From: Methanoregula sp.
GTDB taxonomy: Archaea; Halobacteriota; Methanomicrobia; Methanomicrobiales; Methanospirillaceae
Assembly: GCA_035353675.1 (NCBI GenBank)
Contig: DAOQAA010000003.1
Location: 781-64,780 of the forward strand
DNA length: 64,000 nt
Reading direction: 5' to 3'
Shown: positions 28,744-38,785 of the stretch, piece by piece
Layout of the letters: each line of letters begins with the position of its first letter
How positions within the stretch are numbered: position 1 is the first letter of the stretch
Program-made: the position numbers and the translations under genes
The notes under the pieces: model-generated
What the model was told of the DNA's origin: nothing
Seen by the model: the letters and a program-made list of their open reading frames with translations, nothing else
Database searches by the model: none

Positions 28744-29532
28744 ATGCCCAATTCATATCTTGGACGGGATGATGCACCGTTAGAGGCGGAAACATGGAAA
28801 CTGCTGGACTCTGCAATGGTGCAGGCTGCAAAGAGCCAGATTTCCGGCCGCAGGTTCCTTCCCATTGAAGGGCCGTACGGGTTCGGGCTTAAGTCAATCG
28901 CGCTTTCTGATTATGCTATAGAAGACGGGATCATTGGCAGCACCGCAATTCCCCTTACGATGATCAGGACTGAATTCTCCATGGCAAAGCGCGATCTTGC
29001 CGCATACGAGCGCGATCATATGTTCCTTGACACGACGGCAGTTGCCTGTGCCGCAATGGACGCAGCAGTAAGGGAAGACAAAGTAATCTTCTCGGGTATC
29101 CCGGGACTTCCCGGACTGCTCAATGTTGAAGGCGCAGGATCGCTCGCACTTACAAAGTGGGAAAAAACCGGGACTGCCGCAGACCAGATCATCGATGCGA
29201 TAACAAAACTGGATACCGCCGGATTCCATGGCCCTTACAGCCTTGCCCTCGCTCCTGCCCAGTACAACCTGCTCCTGCGAAGGTATCCACAGGGAGACGG
29301 GACCGAACTTGACCACATACAGTCTATTGTGACCGACGGCGTGGTAAAGGCCCCCGCTCTTAAAAAAGGTGGTGTCCTGCTTGCTTCCGGCCCGCAGTAC
29401 TCATCGATTGCAATCGGGCAGGACATGGCTGTCGGGTTCAACGGACCGGTTGGTGATCTTCTTGAATTCCAGATCTATGAGAGCCTTGCGCTCCTCATCC
29501 GCATCCCCGAGTCAATCCTCGTGCTGAAATAA
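28744..29532 (+). CDS. Family 1 encapsulin shell protein (linocin M18)
   Basis: YLGRDDAPL....W, GRRFLPIEGPYG, EDKVIF, GPYSL and IGQDMAVGF motifs; 262 aa. Confidence 0.95.
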   Translation: MPNSYLGRDDAPLEAETWKLLDSAMVQAAKSQISGRRFLPIEGPYGFGLKSIALSDYAIEDGIIGSTAIPLTMIRTEFSMAKRDLAAYERDHMFLDTTAVACAAMDAAVREDKVIFSGIPGLPGLLNVEGAGSLALTKWEKTGTAADQIIDAITKLDTAGFHGPYSLALAPAQYNLLLRRYPQGDGTELDHIQSIVTDGVVKAPALKKGGVLLASGPQYSSIAIGQDMAVGFNGPVGDLLEFQIYESLALLIRIPESILVLK

Positions 29533-29584
29533 TCACTTCCCATTTTTAGGGGAGAGAGTCAATTGTATTGTAAAGAGAGAAAAA

Positions 29585-29962
29585 ATGTCATTTGGAAAAA
29601 TTATTCCGGTTCTGTTCGTTAGTCTTCTCGTGATTGGGTTTACTTCATGTGCCGGGTGCCTGAGCACAACGACAACACGGGATAATACATCTGGTTCACT
29701 GCATGCGCATTATGAATACACGGATACATGGTCCCCGGGATACGGTTGTTATTCTCACCTGACCGGTTACGTTTACAATGCTGCGGATATATCTGCAGAA
29801 AATGTCAGGCTGAATATCAACCTTGTAAATACCGGGACTGGCACAATTCGCGATTCAAAATCCGTTTATGTTGGTCACATCGGGGCGGGAGATACAAGGA
29901 CTTACGAAACAGTTCTTGACGGCGAATGTACGCAGGACTACCGGATCGATTTTTCTTTTTGA
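29585..29962 (+). CDS. Lipoprotein with an FxLYD-like Ig domain
   Basis: Archaeal lipobox AGC after a hydrophobic stretch; TGYVYN...AENV...G.IGAGDTRTY. Confidence 0.7.
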   Translation: MSFGKIIPVLFVSLLVIGFTSCAGCLSTTTTRDNTSGSLHAHYEYTDTWSPGYGCYSHLTGYVYNAADISAENVRLNINLVNTGTGTIRDSKSVYVGHIGAGDTRTYETVLDGECTQDYRIDFSF

Positions 29963-30051
29963 AAAACTATTACCGGGACAAAATCCAGGCAATTTTTTCA
30001 CAAGCTCTCCAGTGACAAACGACAGCAGGTAATGTACAGGTAAATGCAGCA

Positions 30052-30160
30052 GGGGGTGGCCCCCTCTCTTCAAAGATCCGAGCCCCCCCCTGCCCCACTT
30101 CCAACATAATCAGAAAAATGAAGGACACCCCCTCCAGTATCCGCATTGGGTGGGGAGGGC
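30052..30160. repeat. G/C-tract palindromic repeat cluster, copy B
   Basis: GGGGGTGGCCCCCTC at 30052; reverse complement of 30122-30160 matches 51875-51913 at 33/39 positions without gaps. Confidence 0.7.
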
Positions 30161-30643
30161 CTGATAAGAGAACCGGTTTTAACAGAGCAGGTTTGTAGTT
30201 ATAAAAGACATAAACGACGCTTTCATGGCAAGTGCAGGAATTACAAGCGACCTTAATATGCATCCCGGCAACCAACAGAAGTTTTAGATGAGCCGTTTTA
30301 ATTTTTTTATCTGCCCTGAATATAATGCCCAACAACAGATGCCATTCAATTTTCAGGTCACGCAAGACGAGGAGGAACTTTGTCTATGAATATATATTTC
30401 CGGATTGGAAATCTGAAAAACAGGTGAGGATTTAGCCCGGGAAAGGGTGTCATTTCCGGGTTCCCCATAATTTGTGTGTGTGTGAGAGGTACGTGCAAGC
30501 GTATGGATTTTGAATTTGAGGCGGAAATATTACATTGGAGTATAAACCGGTAGTCCAGGGAGATATTCCCATATCCGTGGAACTACCGGACAGTCCCCCA
30601 ACCCCGTGAGTTTAATTCATCTTTTTTTTGTGGTCCTCCCCTG

Positions 30644-31177
30644 TCAAATGGCAGAATCAAGATCCTCAAGCAGTTTCTTGATGTCAATCCAGATGATCAG
30701 TTCGTTGATCTCCTTTTCCTTTACTTTGACTTTGCGTTTGATAATACCGATAATCGCTGTGTCCTCATGGCTGAGCGACGCGGAAGTGTAATCCACGTGT
30801 TTTCCCTCGAATGTTGAAACCGAAGTCACATCATCAACAAGGATGCCAATCTTGGATTTTGTCAGCTTGTCATCAAGGACAATGATTCGTGATGCTTCGA
30901 TGGTTTTTGTGCTTGCATCCGTGATGTTCAACCGGTGTTTGAGATCAACGATCATCGTGATCTCGCCACGCAGGTCAATGATGCCACGGACATATGGCGC
31001 AACATTGGGCAGTTTGGTGATCGTTGTATACTCAACAACTTCTTTGACATCGAAAAGGTCTATGGCGAAGTGCTCGTTTCCCAGCACAAATTCCACGACC
31101 TGTATTGTCCCCAGATCTTTCTGGGCGGCAGCGGGATCGTTTGCCGTTGCAACAGGTTCAATTGCCTTTGCAGTCAT
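30644..31177 (-). CDS. cheW: Chemotaxis adaptor CheW
   Basis: QVVEFVLG, VKEVV, T.LPN, GIIDLRGEI and GILVDDV motifs. Confidence 0.95.
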   Translation of the reverse strand: MTAKAIEPVATANDPAAAQKDLGTIQVVEFVLGNEHFAIDLFDVKEVVEYTTITKLPNVAPYVRGIIDLRGEITMIVDLKHRLNITDASTKTIEASRIIVLDDKLTKSKIGILVDDVTSVSTFEGKHVDYTSASLSHEDTAIIGIIKRKVKVKEKEINELIIWIDIKKLLEDLDSAI

Positions 31178-31192
31178 AGGCAGGTCCCCCGT

Positions 31193-32668
31193 TCATTCCA
31201 CCTTGAATCTGCGGTTCGCGTTCATCGCCTCGACTGCAATATCATTGACAGCCTGGATCATCCGGGTAATTTCATCGAGCGCTGCTGCGGATTCCTCTGT
31301 CGCTGCTGCTGCATCGCTAGCCTCCTTTGCGGTCCGTTCGATAAGGCCACCTACCTCATGAACACTTGCGGTGATCTCCTCAGTAGTTGCAGCCTGTTCT
31401 TCTGTCGCTGCGGCAACTTCGGAAGCACTGTTCGCAACCGTCTCGGCCGCTTTCTGGATCTTTTTAAATGATTCAAGAGCCTGTTGTGCCGCAGTTGCCC
31501 CTTTACCGACAAGGACTTTTGCTTCTTCCATGCCATCCCCGGCAGTCTTTGTAGCGATATTGAGATGGGTAATCATTTCTTCAATCTTTTCCGCGCTGGC
31601 CCGGGACTCCTGTGCAAGTGATTTGACTTCGGATGCAACAACAGCAAAGCCCCTTCCATGCTCTCCGGCACGTGCCGCTTCGATTGCCGCGTTTAAGGCA
31701 AGCAGGTTCGTCTGGTTTGCAAGGTCGCGGATGAGCACGATGATCTTGCTGATGTCTGCCATCTGTTTCTCAATATCCTTGACAACATCATAGGTCTTAC
31801 CAGCCTGCACGGTGATCTCGCCCATGTCTTTGTTAACATTCTCAGCAAGGACTGCACCTTCTTTTGCCGAATCATTTGCAGCCTTTGCCTGAGTGGACAC
31901 GCTCTCCATACTGGAGGTAATTTCCTCTACCGCTGCGCTCATATCCTGCATGGCTTTTGACATCTGTTCGATACCATCAGCAGCTTTCTGCGCATTTGTA
32001 CTGACTTCCCCGGCGTTCTTAGCGATCTGGTTCACACCCTGGGTTGCCTCGCCAATACTCTTGTTTGCATTGTCAGCGGTCGAGGTAAGGTTCTGCATGT
32101 TTTTGTTGACATCGCCGATGTTCTTCTGGAGACTGATGACGATGCCACGAACTGCATCACGTAGCTTGATGATCATCTCATCGTATTCCCGGGTGTCTTC
32201 ATCAGGTTTGATGAGTTCAACGCGTACCGTAAGATCACCCTCTGCCATCTTTGCATACGCCTGAGACAAAAGTTCAACATCTTTTGCCAGGAACACCTGG
32301 ACCTTGAGGTCCCGGAAACTGCTCTGGAGATAGGTCACACCATCAACGGTTATCCTTTCCATGGTGACTTCAACATTGAGCGTTTTTTTATCAAGGGTGA
32401 TGTGCTGCCAGTGAAACCGCTGGGCCCTGCCCTGCATAGCTGCTTCGATAGCGACTCTTGATTTTTCATCAGAGAAACTGCCATCAGGCTGACGTTCAGG
32501 GGATATTAATGACGGGGGCTTACCGATAATATCGGATTTGTCACGTGCATTCAATATTTTGACCGCAAACTGGTTGCAATCCACAAACACGCCATCCTGA
32601 ATCAGCAATACTGCTGTGGGGACGGCATCTACCATGGATTTATAAATACTCATTGGAAGTTCTTTCAT
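31193..32668 (-). CDS. Soluble PAS-domain methyl-accepting chemotaxis protein
   Basis: N-terminal PAS (SPERQPDG); hairpin tip [34 protein letters not shown]; no TM segment. Confidence 0.95.
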   Translation of the reverse strand: MKELPMSIYKSMVDAVPTAVLLIQDGVFVDCNQFAVKILNARDKSDIIGKPPSLISPERQPDGSFSDEKSRVAIEAAMQGRAQRFHWQHITLDKKTLNVEVTMERITVDGVTYLQSSFRDLKVQVFLAKDVELLSQAYAKMAEGDLTVRVELIKPDEDTREYDEMIIKLRDAVRGIVISLQKNIGDVNKNMQNLTSTADNANKSIGEATQGVNQIAKNAGEVSTNAQKAADGIEQMSKAMQDMSAAVEEITSSMESVSTQAKAANDSAKEGAVLAENVNKDMGEITVQAGKTYDVVKDIEKQMADISKIIVLIRDLANQTNLLALNAAIEAARAGEHGRGFAVVASEVKSLAQESRASAEKIEEMITHLNIATKTAGDGMEEAKVLVGKGATAAQQALESFKKIQKAAETVANSASEVAAATEEQAATTEEITASVHEVGGLIERTAKEASDAAAATEESAAALDEITRMIQAVNDIAVEAMNANRRFKVE

Positions 32669-32671
32669 AAT

Positions 32672-33268
32672 TCACTCCAGTTTTACCACGTTTTCTTTGT
32701 ACACTTCGTTTGCTACCTGTCCGAGGCCGGCATACATCGCAGTAAGTCCGCAAATAATCCCTTCTCCGCCAGCCACATAGATGATAAATTCACTTTCCAG
32801 TACATTTCCTGCAATGAGAAGCACAAATAGGATCACAAGAAGCCCGAAAACCACCTGAAGCGCTTTCGATAACTTACGGGTAATAACGTACATCACGACA
32901 GAGAACAACAGCCAGACAACAAAGAACCCGACAAGTGATGCTTTTGATACGGGAGAAGTCCAGCCTATTGCCGGCATGATCATGATTGCCACAAGCGACA
33001 GCCAGAAGAACCCGTAGGAGATAAAGGCGGTCATTCCGAAGATGTTGTTCTTTTTCCATTCCATGATCCCGGCAATGACCTGAGCGATACCCCCGTAGAA
33101 TATTCCCATTGCAAATACAACAGATCCCATGGCAAACAATCCTGCATTGTGCATGTTCAGGACTAATGTGGTCATGCCAAACGCGAGTAAGCCAAGGGCT
33201 CCCGGGTTCGCGGTTGAATCCGACAGCCGGACTTCGTTTTTAAGGAACGGACTTTCCGTTAATTCCAT
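32672..33268 (-). CDS. satP: Acetate uptake transporter (SatP/YaaH/GPR1/FUN34 family)
   Basis: ANPGALGLLAFGMTT signature, YGGIAQ and SYGFFW; six TM helices. Confidence 0.93.
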   Translation of the reverse strand: MELTESPFLKNEVRLSDSTANPGALGLLAFGMTTLVLNMHNAGLFAMGSVVFAMGIFYGGIAQVIAGIMEWKKNNIFGMTAFISYGFFWLSLVAIMIMPAIGWTSPVSKASLVGFFVVWLLFSVVMYVITRKLSKALQVVFGLLVILFVLLIAGNVLESEFIIYVAGGEGIICGLTAMYAGLGQVANEVYKENVVKLE

Positions 33269-33273
33269 GAGAT

Positions 33274-33462
33274 CTACAACCCACCCTGGACTTCTTTTAG
33301 TTCATCCATTCCCGACTCGTGCAGGATTTGGTAAAGTAACCTGACTCTGCCTACCGTTAACGTACTTGCTGGGTAGGCACAGGTGCAATCCGTCGGAAAC
33401 AATACCTGGTTACCGTGTAAAGGCGGTTTTGGCGTCATATTCTCCGGTGCTTTGTTCACCAT
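33274..33462 (-). CDS. Small hypothetical protein (62 aa) immediately upstream of satP
   Basis: Starts directly after the stop of the upstream microORF and ends 5 nt before the satP start. Confidence 0.45.
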   Translation of the reverse strand: MVNKAPENMTPKPPLHGNQVLFPTDCTCAYPASTLTVGRVRLLYQILHESGMDELKEVQGGL

Positions 33463-33645
33463 TCACCCCATTGTTTGCATGGCAAAGTATTGATCAATTT
33501 TGTTCGACAGTTCATGCAGGAGCAGGATGTTTTGGGTAAGACCATCATGCCCGATGACATTCGCCGGTTTTATCAACACGACGTTCATTGCGGAATTTGA
33601 ATTGTCTGTCATGTCCATCATCCCTGTATTTTGGCACCACCCCAT
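33463..33645 (-). CDS. Small hypothetical protein (about 50-60 aa), first in the satP-MCP-cheW unit
   Basis: TGA-ATG junction with the next ORF; AT-rich TATA-like region upstream near 33690. Confidence 0.4.
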   Translation of the reverse strand: MGWCQNTGMMDMTDNSNSAMNVVLIKPANVIGHDGLTQNILLLHELSNKIDQYFAMQTMG

Positions 33646-33791
33646 TTGCTGCGCTTTTGTTTGGGGTTAAATATCCTAAAACACAGAATTATATATAAAT
33701 ATAATTAATTGCATAGCATATTTGCAAAGCAAATAGGTATTTTTTAAATCATAATAACCGACACCAGTATACTAAAACAAGATGGGGAACC

Positions 33792-35849
33792 ATGGACGAG
33801 TACCAGACCGAGATTAACCGGATTAAACAGGAACTTGAACGTCATCCTGATGGGCTCAGTATCACAGACATTGCCACCCTTCTTGATATGAACCGGAACT
33901 CGGTAGCAAAATACATGGATATTCTGCAGGTACAGGGATCTGCTGACGGTAAAAAACGAGGGACGTCGAAGGTCTATTATATCTCCCACAGAATGCCTGA
34001 AGTAACTATCAGGAAAATCTGCCGCGATGCATTTATCACTCTTGACCAGAACGGTGTTGTAACCGATTATAATCAGCAGTTTTCCACAATTACGGGGCTT
34101 CCCCCGGAACAAATACTTGGCAAATCGTTTGAAAAACTTCCGTTCGGATCATTTGAAGGGGGAACTGTCCAGCAGATATTCAGGGCTGCGCTCAAAGGCA
34201 TTGAGCAAAGAGGCCGTGCGCAACTTAGTATTGATAAAAAAGAACACCCGGTGAACCTGCTCCTGCTGCCACTGGTTTTTGCGACAGGTAAACCCGGAGT
34301 AACTGTTATTCTGGACAATCAAAATGAGGTTCGCGGGAACGCTGCATTACCAGAACAGACAGCCTCACTCTTTCATACCATCCTTGATAATCAAACAGAA
34401 TATGCCGTGCACTACAGCAAGGAAGGGATCATCAGGTATGCCAATGAAACCTATTGCAGGGCAACGGGGCGATCCCGTGAAGATCTCATCGGCCGGCCGT
34501 TCAAGCATCTTGTCCCGACAGAAGACGCAGAGCGGATAAATGAAAACCGGTCCCGGTTGAGCCTGAAGTATCCGGCAGGAGTGATAGAGTTCCGGGCAAT
34601 CATGGCAAATGGCGAAGCGCGTTGGCAGCGATGGTGGGATCATGCCCTGTTCGATGAACACGAGCAGCTTACCGGGTATTTTTCCTGCGGCACTGATATT
34701 ACAGATGAAGTGCTTGCAAAAACAAAACTCAAAAAGTCGCAGGAACTGCTTGAAGAAACCATTGTTGCCCGCACAAAAGAACTTCGTGAGATCAACCGGC
34801 AGATGTATGAAGAGATTGCACACCGGGAAAATGTAGAACAGCAGTTGCTGCTTACCCAGTTTACGATGGATAATGCAGCAGATATGGTTTTCTGGGTGAA
34901 CCATAACGCAAGAGTGGATTATGCAAACAAGGCTGCTATAACCGGACTTGGATATACAAATGAAGAAATTTCACAACTTACATTAGCAGACCTGTTTCCT
35001 GTCCCGGTTACAGAAAGCTGGAGCGATATCTGGGATTACCTGAAAAATGAGGGCACAATAACCCAGAATTCAGTCATTATCAGAAAGGATGGCGTCCGGA
35101 TACCTATTGAAATTGTGATCAGGTACCTGGAATACCATAAAAATGAGTTCGCCTGCTGTTTCTGCCGGGATATTTCCGAAAGGACCAGAATGGAACATAC
35201 GCTCTATCTTGCCAATAAAAAACTCAATGTTCTCACAAGTCTCACCCGCCATGATATCCAGAATAAGATTACAGTCCTCCTTGGTTATCTTGGGAGGGCA
35301 CAGAAACGGGAGAAAGATCCTGTTATCAGCGAGTATCTCGACCGGCAGGAACAGGCAGTAAAAGCCATCCGTGAGGAAATATCCATTACACGGGATTTCA
35401 AAGATTTGGGGATCGATCCACCGGACTGGTTGAACATCAGGATAATTGCATCTGAGGCTGCCAAAAAATTCAGCGACAGTCCCGTAAAATTAGTCATCGA
35501 TCTTACGGATCTTTTTGTCTATGCAGATCGCCAGCTGGGACGTGTATTTTTCCGGTTATTTGAAAATGCTGTGCAATCACAAAATCCTCCCCAGAACATC
35601 CGTGTTTTTTCGAGGGAAGAACCCGAACGATATGTGATTGTTGTCGAATATGATGGTCCGGGAATCAGTCAGGACGACAAAGACCGGATTTTTGATCCGG
35701 GATGCGAGGAATCCGGACTGAAAGGTCTGTTTATAATCAGGGAAATCCTGTCACTGACGGATATTACTCTCAAGGAAACCGGGGAGCCGGGAAAACAAAC
35801 GAGGTTCGAGATAGGAATTCCCCCCATTTCGTTCCGTCCTGACCGGTAG
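33792..35849 (+). CDS. wHTH + multi-PAS histidine kinase
   Basis: N-terminal GLSITDIATLLDMNRNSVAKYM HTH; three PAS domains; H-box TRHDIQN; HATPase LFENA...DGPGI. Confidence 0.9.
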   Translation: MDEYQTEINRIKQELERHPDGLSITDIATLLDMNRNSVAKYMDILQVQGSADGKKRGTSKVYYISHRMPEVTIRKICRDAFITLDQNGVVTDYNQQFSTITGLPPEQILGKSFEKLPFGSFEGGTVQQIFRAALKGIEQRGRAQLSIDKKEHPVNLLLLPLVFATGKPGVTVILDNQNEVRGNAALPEQTASLFHTILDNQTEYAVHYSKEGIIRYANETYCRATGRSREDLIGRPFKHLVPTEDAERINENRSRLSLKYPAGVIEFRAIMANGEARWQRWWDHALFDEHEQLTGYFSCGTDITDEVLAKTKLKKSQELLEETIVARTKELREINRQMYEEIAHRENVEQQLLLTQFTMDNAADMVFWVNHNARVDYANKAAITGLGYTNEEISQLTLADLFPVPVTESWSDIWDYLKNEGTITQNSVIIRKDGVRIPIEIVIRYLEYHKNEFACCFCRDISERTRMEHTLYLANKKLNVLTSLTRHDIQNKITVLLGYLGRAQKREKDPVISEYLDRQEQAVKAIREEISITRDFKDLGIDPPDWLNIRIIASEAAKKFSDSPVKLVIDLTDLFVYADRQLGRVFFRLFENAVQSQNPPQNIRVFSREEPERYVIVVEYDGPGISQDDKDRIFDPGCEESGLKGLFIIREILSLTDITLKETGEPGKQTRFEIGIPPISFRPDR

Positions 35850-35932
35850 ATGCGATCCGGATCTCCTTTTTTCGTCTGATAGAGACTATACTCTTAAATA
35901 GAGAAACCAACAACGGTTCATCATCGGGATTA

Positions 35933-36328
35933 ATGACACAAATTCTTCTCGTGGATGACGACACGGATATTCTGGAAATCCTGCGTCTCGAATTTGAAGA
36001 TGACCCGGAATGCCATGCGGATACAGCTACAGGTGTCGCATCTGCATTGGCACTGGCACGGGAACACTCATACGACGCGATCATCACAGACTGGCGAATG
36101 CCGGTGATGAACGGCACAGTTTTTGTCAGCACATTACGCCGACAGGGATGTAAATCCCCGATTATTATTTACAGCGGGATTGACATGGATTTGGAGATCA
36201 AAAAGACTCTTGAAGCGGGTGCTGACTTTTTTATCCCGCGCAGGGGTGATCCTTCCTACGAGTTTGGAGAATTAAAAAAGATCCTCAAAAAGGTTTCAGT
36301 CCTGTCAAAACGCGACGTAAAAAAATAA
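35933..36328 (+). CDS. Stand-alone response regulator receiver
   Basis: ILLVDDD, ITDWRMPVMNG and IIYSG motifs. Confidence 0.9.
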   Translation: MTQILLVDDDTDILEILRLEFEDDPECHADTATGVASALALAREHSYDAIITDWRMPVMNGTVFVSTLRRQGCKSPIIIYSGIDMDLEIKKTLEAGADFFIPRRGDPSYEFGELKKILKKVSVLSKRDVKK

Positions 36329-36816
36329 CATCCGCGCTCTGTTGATTTTCTCCTTCAGCTTCAGCAATCAGGACGCTTTGCCAGATATCAGTCTTTTCAG
36401 ACAGAATCGTTCCCTCCCGGGCACCGGATTTTGTAATATATGCCCCTTTTAAAAAACGGGGCTGATTTTATGTGATTTTTCCGCGAGGCATATTTTTAGG
36501 GTGCCCGAAAAACTGCGGAATTCGCAAAAACACCTGCGGAAATGGAAATAAATCGCGTGAATTGGGCTTCTTTTTTAACATTTTACGTCTGATGGTCAAA
36601 ACTGCGCTAACAGGACCCTTTTATTTTGAGGATCGTGTTCCTGCATGAAGTCCTGCATGGCAAAGGGAGCAATCTCCCAAAGACGGTTTCTGATGATTTT
36701 TTTGGTTTTTTAGCGCGAACTAAAGCGGGAATAAACAAGATCATCACTATCCAACGGTAACCACCTAAAAAGCATATCACCAGAGAAAACAAAATATATC
36801 CAGAGAGTGCTCACAT

Positions 36817-38628
36817 ATGACCGGCCCGTACCTGAAAAGCGGCGAATCCATTATCCTCACAACGGATCGGGTATTTATCGAAGATATTGAGTACGATATG
36901 ATCCTTACAAGCCAGCGACTGGCCCTTGTAGACAGCGGTCATACCAGCGATCAGCCCCAGGTAATCCCGTTTGCAACAATTCTTTCTGTTAAAGGCGGTA
37001 CAACACCGGCACGCGAGCCATTCATCACCCTTACCGTTATCGATCCGATCGGTCTTGAAGACAATCAAACCCTTGACCTGGTCTTTTCCCTGCAGCCTTA
37101 TGAAGACCGTTCAGCAGAACGTGATCTCTGGGTGCAAAAACTGATCGAGCATATCGTATCTGTCCGCCAGGAACCGCCCCTTGCAAGAAAACAGCAGGTC
37201 CCGGAAAAATCACAGGGGATGAACCCGTCAGTCCGCCGGTGGGTTGCTCCGGATATGCCCCAGCCGCATTCACAGGTGACTGAAAAGGCACCCCGACCTT
37301 CAGAAGAACTTCTCTCTGCGATACAAAAAACCACAATAATAACCACGGATGATTCCGGGAAAGAGCCGGCGCCGGATGAGACTGAATACCCGGAGCACAA
37401 AGCCAGTCCCGAAATACCGGAATATTCCGAAACAGAAGCAGCTCCATTTGCATCTGAAGAGATAGTCTCCGGCGATTCAACCAGACAGGAAGAACCGGTT
37501 GAACAGACTATCACGGAAACAGCAAGGGCCGATGAGGAAATCCAAAATACACCGGTGCAAGTATTGGAATCTGAACCGGCAAAAACGGGCACGCAGCCTG
37601 TTGATGAGACTGAATTGCCTTCGCATCCGGGTGAGACTGAAAAGAGTGCACCTGAAAAAGAAGAGGGATTTCAAAAATTAATCCCAACAACCGAAAGCGT
37701 TGAAACAGAAGAAACGAGTCAGTCCGGGAATGCAGCCGGTATTTCTGATGCAGAAAAAAGAGAACAAAACCCGGTTCTTAATCCGGAGATTATTCTTAAG
37801 CAACCAGTGACTCCGCCAGCACCAGAGATTCCTGCCGTTACGATGGATAAAGGACATACAGAACTACCGGAGGGGACAGCACCCGCACAACCAGTGGAGA
37901 ACAAAACCGAAAAACTGGATTTCACTGCCAAAACTCCGGTCCCGGCAGAGTCTGCTCCGGCAATACCGGATGAGCATGGTTTATCTCACCCGGAACCAAC
38001 GATACAGACAGGATTACCCGATACGGTGGTTTTTCCCGTAATCTCCACATCGACAATTCCAGGTAAACCTGAAAAACCCGTGAAAACTATGACTTCAGAT
38101 ACCCCGGCTCCGGAACCACAAGGTAATGCACCTGCCCCGCAACCCGGAAAAATCCCGACCTGGGCTCTGGTGACGTCTATAATTACAACCCTGGTCATAA
38201 TTGCCGGCGTAGTTGTTATCTTCTGGCACCCGGCAGGATATACCGGCGGACCTGCCCCGGAAATAACACCAGTGCAGACATCCCAGCCAGTCTCAACAAC
38301 CGCACCCGTTGTCGTCCAGTCCACTGGCGTATGGGTGAAGGTTGTGTATAACGGCACCTTTGTTGGCACTTACGGAAATCCGGGCACGTTAAAACAAGTC
38401 CGGGGTAAAGAAGAACAGGTCTATACAATTAAAGACCCGCATGATCTCGTCCAGGCTTCATTCACGAAACAGGATGATTCCGGAAATGTACTGACCGTTG
38501 AAGTCTATAATAATGGCAACATGATAAAACAGGTTACCAAAAGCGCTCCCCGCGCAACAATCTCAATCCTTGTTGATCCATATACCGGGGATGCACCCTA
38601 TATCCCTGTAACGACGTTTGGCGAATAA
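36817..38628 (+). CDS. Bitopic membrane protein: PH-like N-terminal domain, long acidic/Pro-rich linker, TM helix, external C-terminal domain
   Basis: ILTSQRLALVD...ERDLWVQKL pattern; about 300 aa rich in E/P/T; TM ALVTSIITTLVIIAGVVVIFW. Confidence 0.75.
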   Translation: MTGPYLKSGESIILTTDRVFIEDIEYDMILTSQRLALVDSGHTSDQPQVIPFATILSVKGGTTPAREPFITLTVIDPIGLEDNQTLDLVFSLQPYEDRSAERDLWVQKLIEHIVSVRQEPPLARKQQVPEKSQGMNPSVRRWVAPDMPQPHSQVTEKAPRPSEELLSAIQKTTIITTDDSGKEPAPDETEYPEHKASPEIPEYSETEAAPFASEEIVSGDSTRQEEPVEQTITETARADEEIQNTPVQVLESEPAKTGTQPVDETELPSHPGETEKSAPEKEEGFQKLIPTTESVETEETSQSGNAAGISDAEKREQNPVLNPEIILKQPVTPPAPEIPAVTMDKGHTELPEGTAPAQPVENKTEKLDFTAKTPVPAESAPAIPDEHGLSHPEPTIQTGLPDTVVFPVISTSTIPGKPEKPVKTMTSDTPAPEPQGNAPAPQPGKIPTWALVTSIITTLVIIAGVVVIFWHPAGYTGGPAPEITPVQTSQPVSTTAPVVVQSTGVWVKVVYNGTFVGTYGNPGTLKQVRGKEEQVYTIKDPHDLVQASFTKQDDSGNVLTVEVYNNGNMIKQVTKSAPRATISILVDPYTGDAPYIPVTTFGE

Positions 38629-38785
38629 GGCAAGGGTAATATCCATCAATCCGACATTTTTTTTGTTTTTTGTTTTATCATCAGGAATTTTAAAAAAAGT
38701 GCAGAAATGCCAGAAAATTAAAAGACCCGTTAACATTCCACCGGGACAAGCGGTAAAGTTATCGATTAAAAAAACAGGTAAATTT

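Noticed and set aside
28744-29532. HK97-fold gene as a provirus remnant
   Set aside because: Has a cargo gene with a targeting peptide, and no terminase, portal or integrase nearby; it is an encapsulin
36330-36810. 480-bp intergenic region with short CTGCGGAA repeats and ORF 36607..36792
   Set aside because: Repeats are too short to be significant; no convincing structure or coding signal
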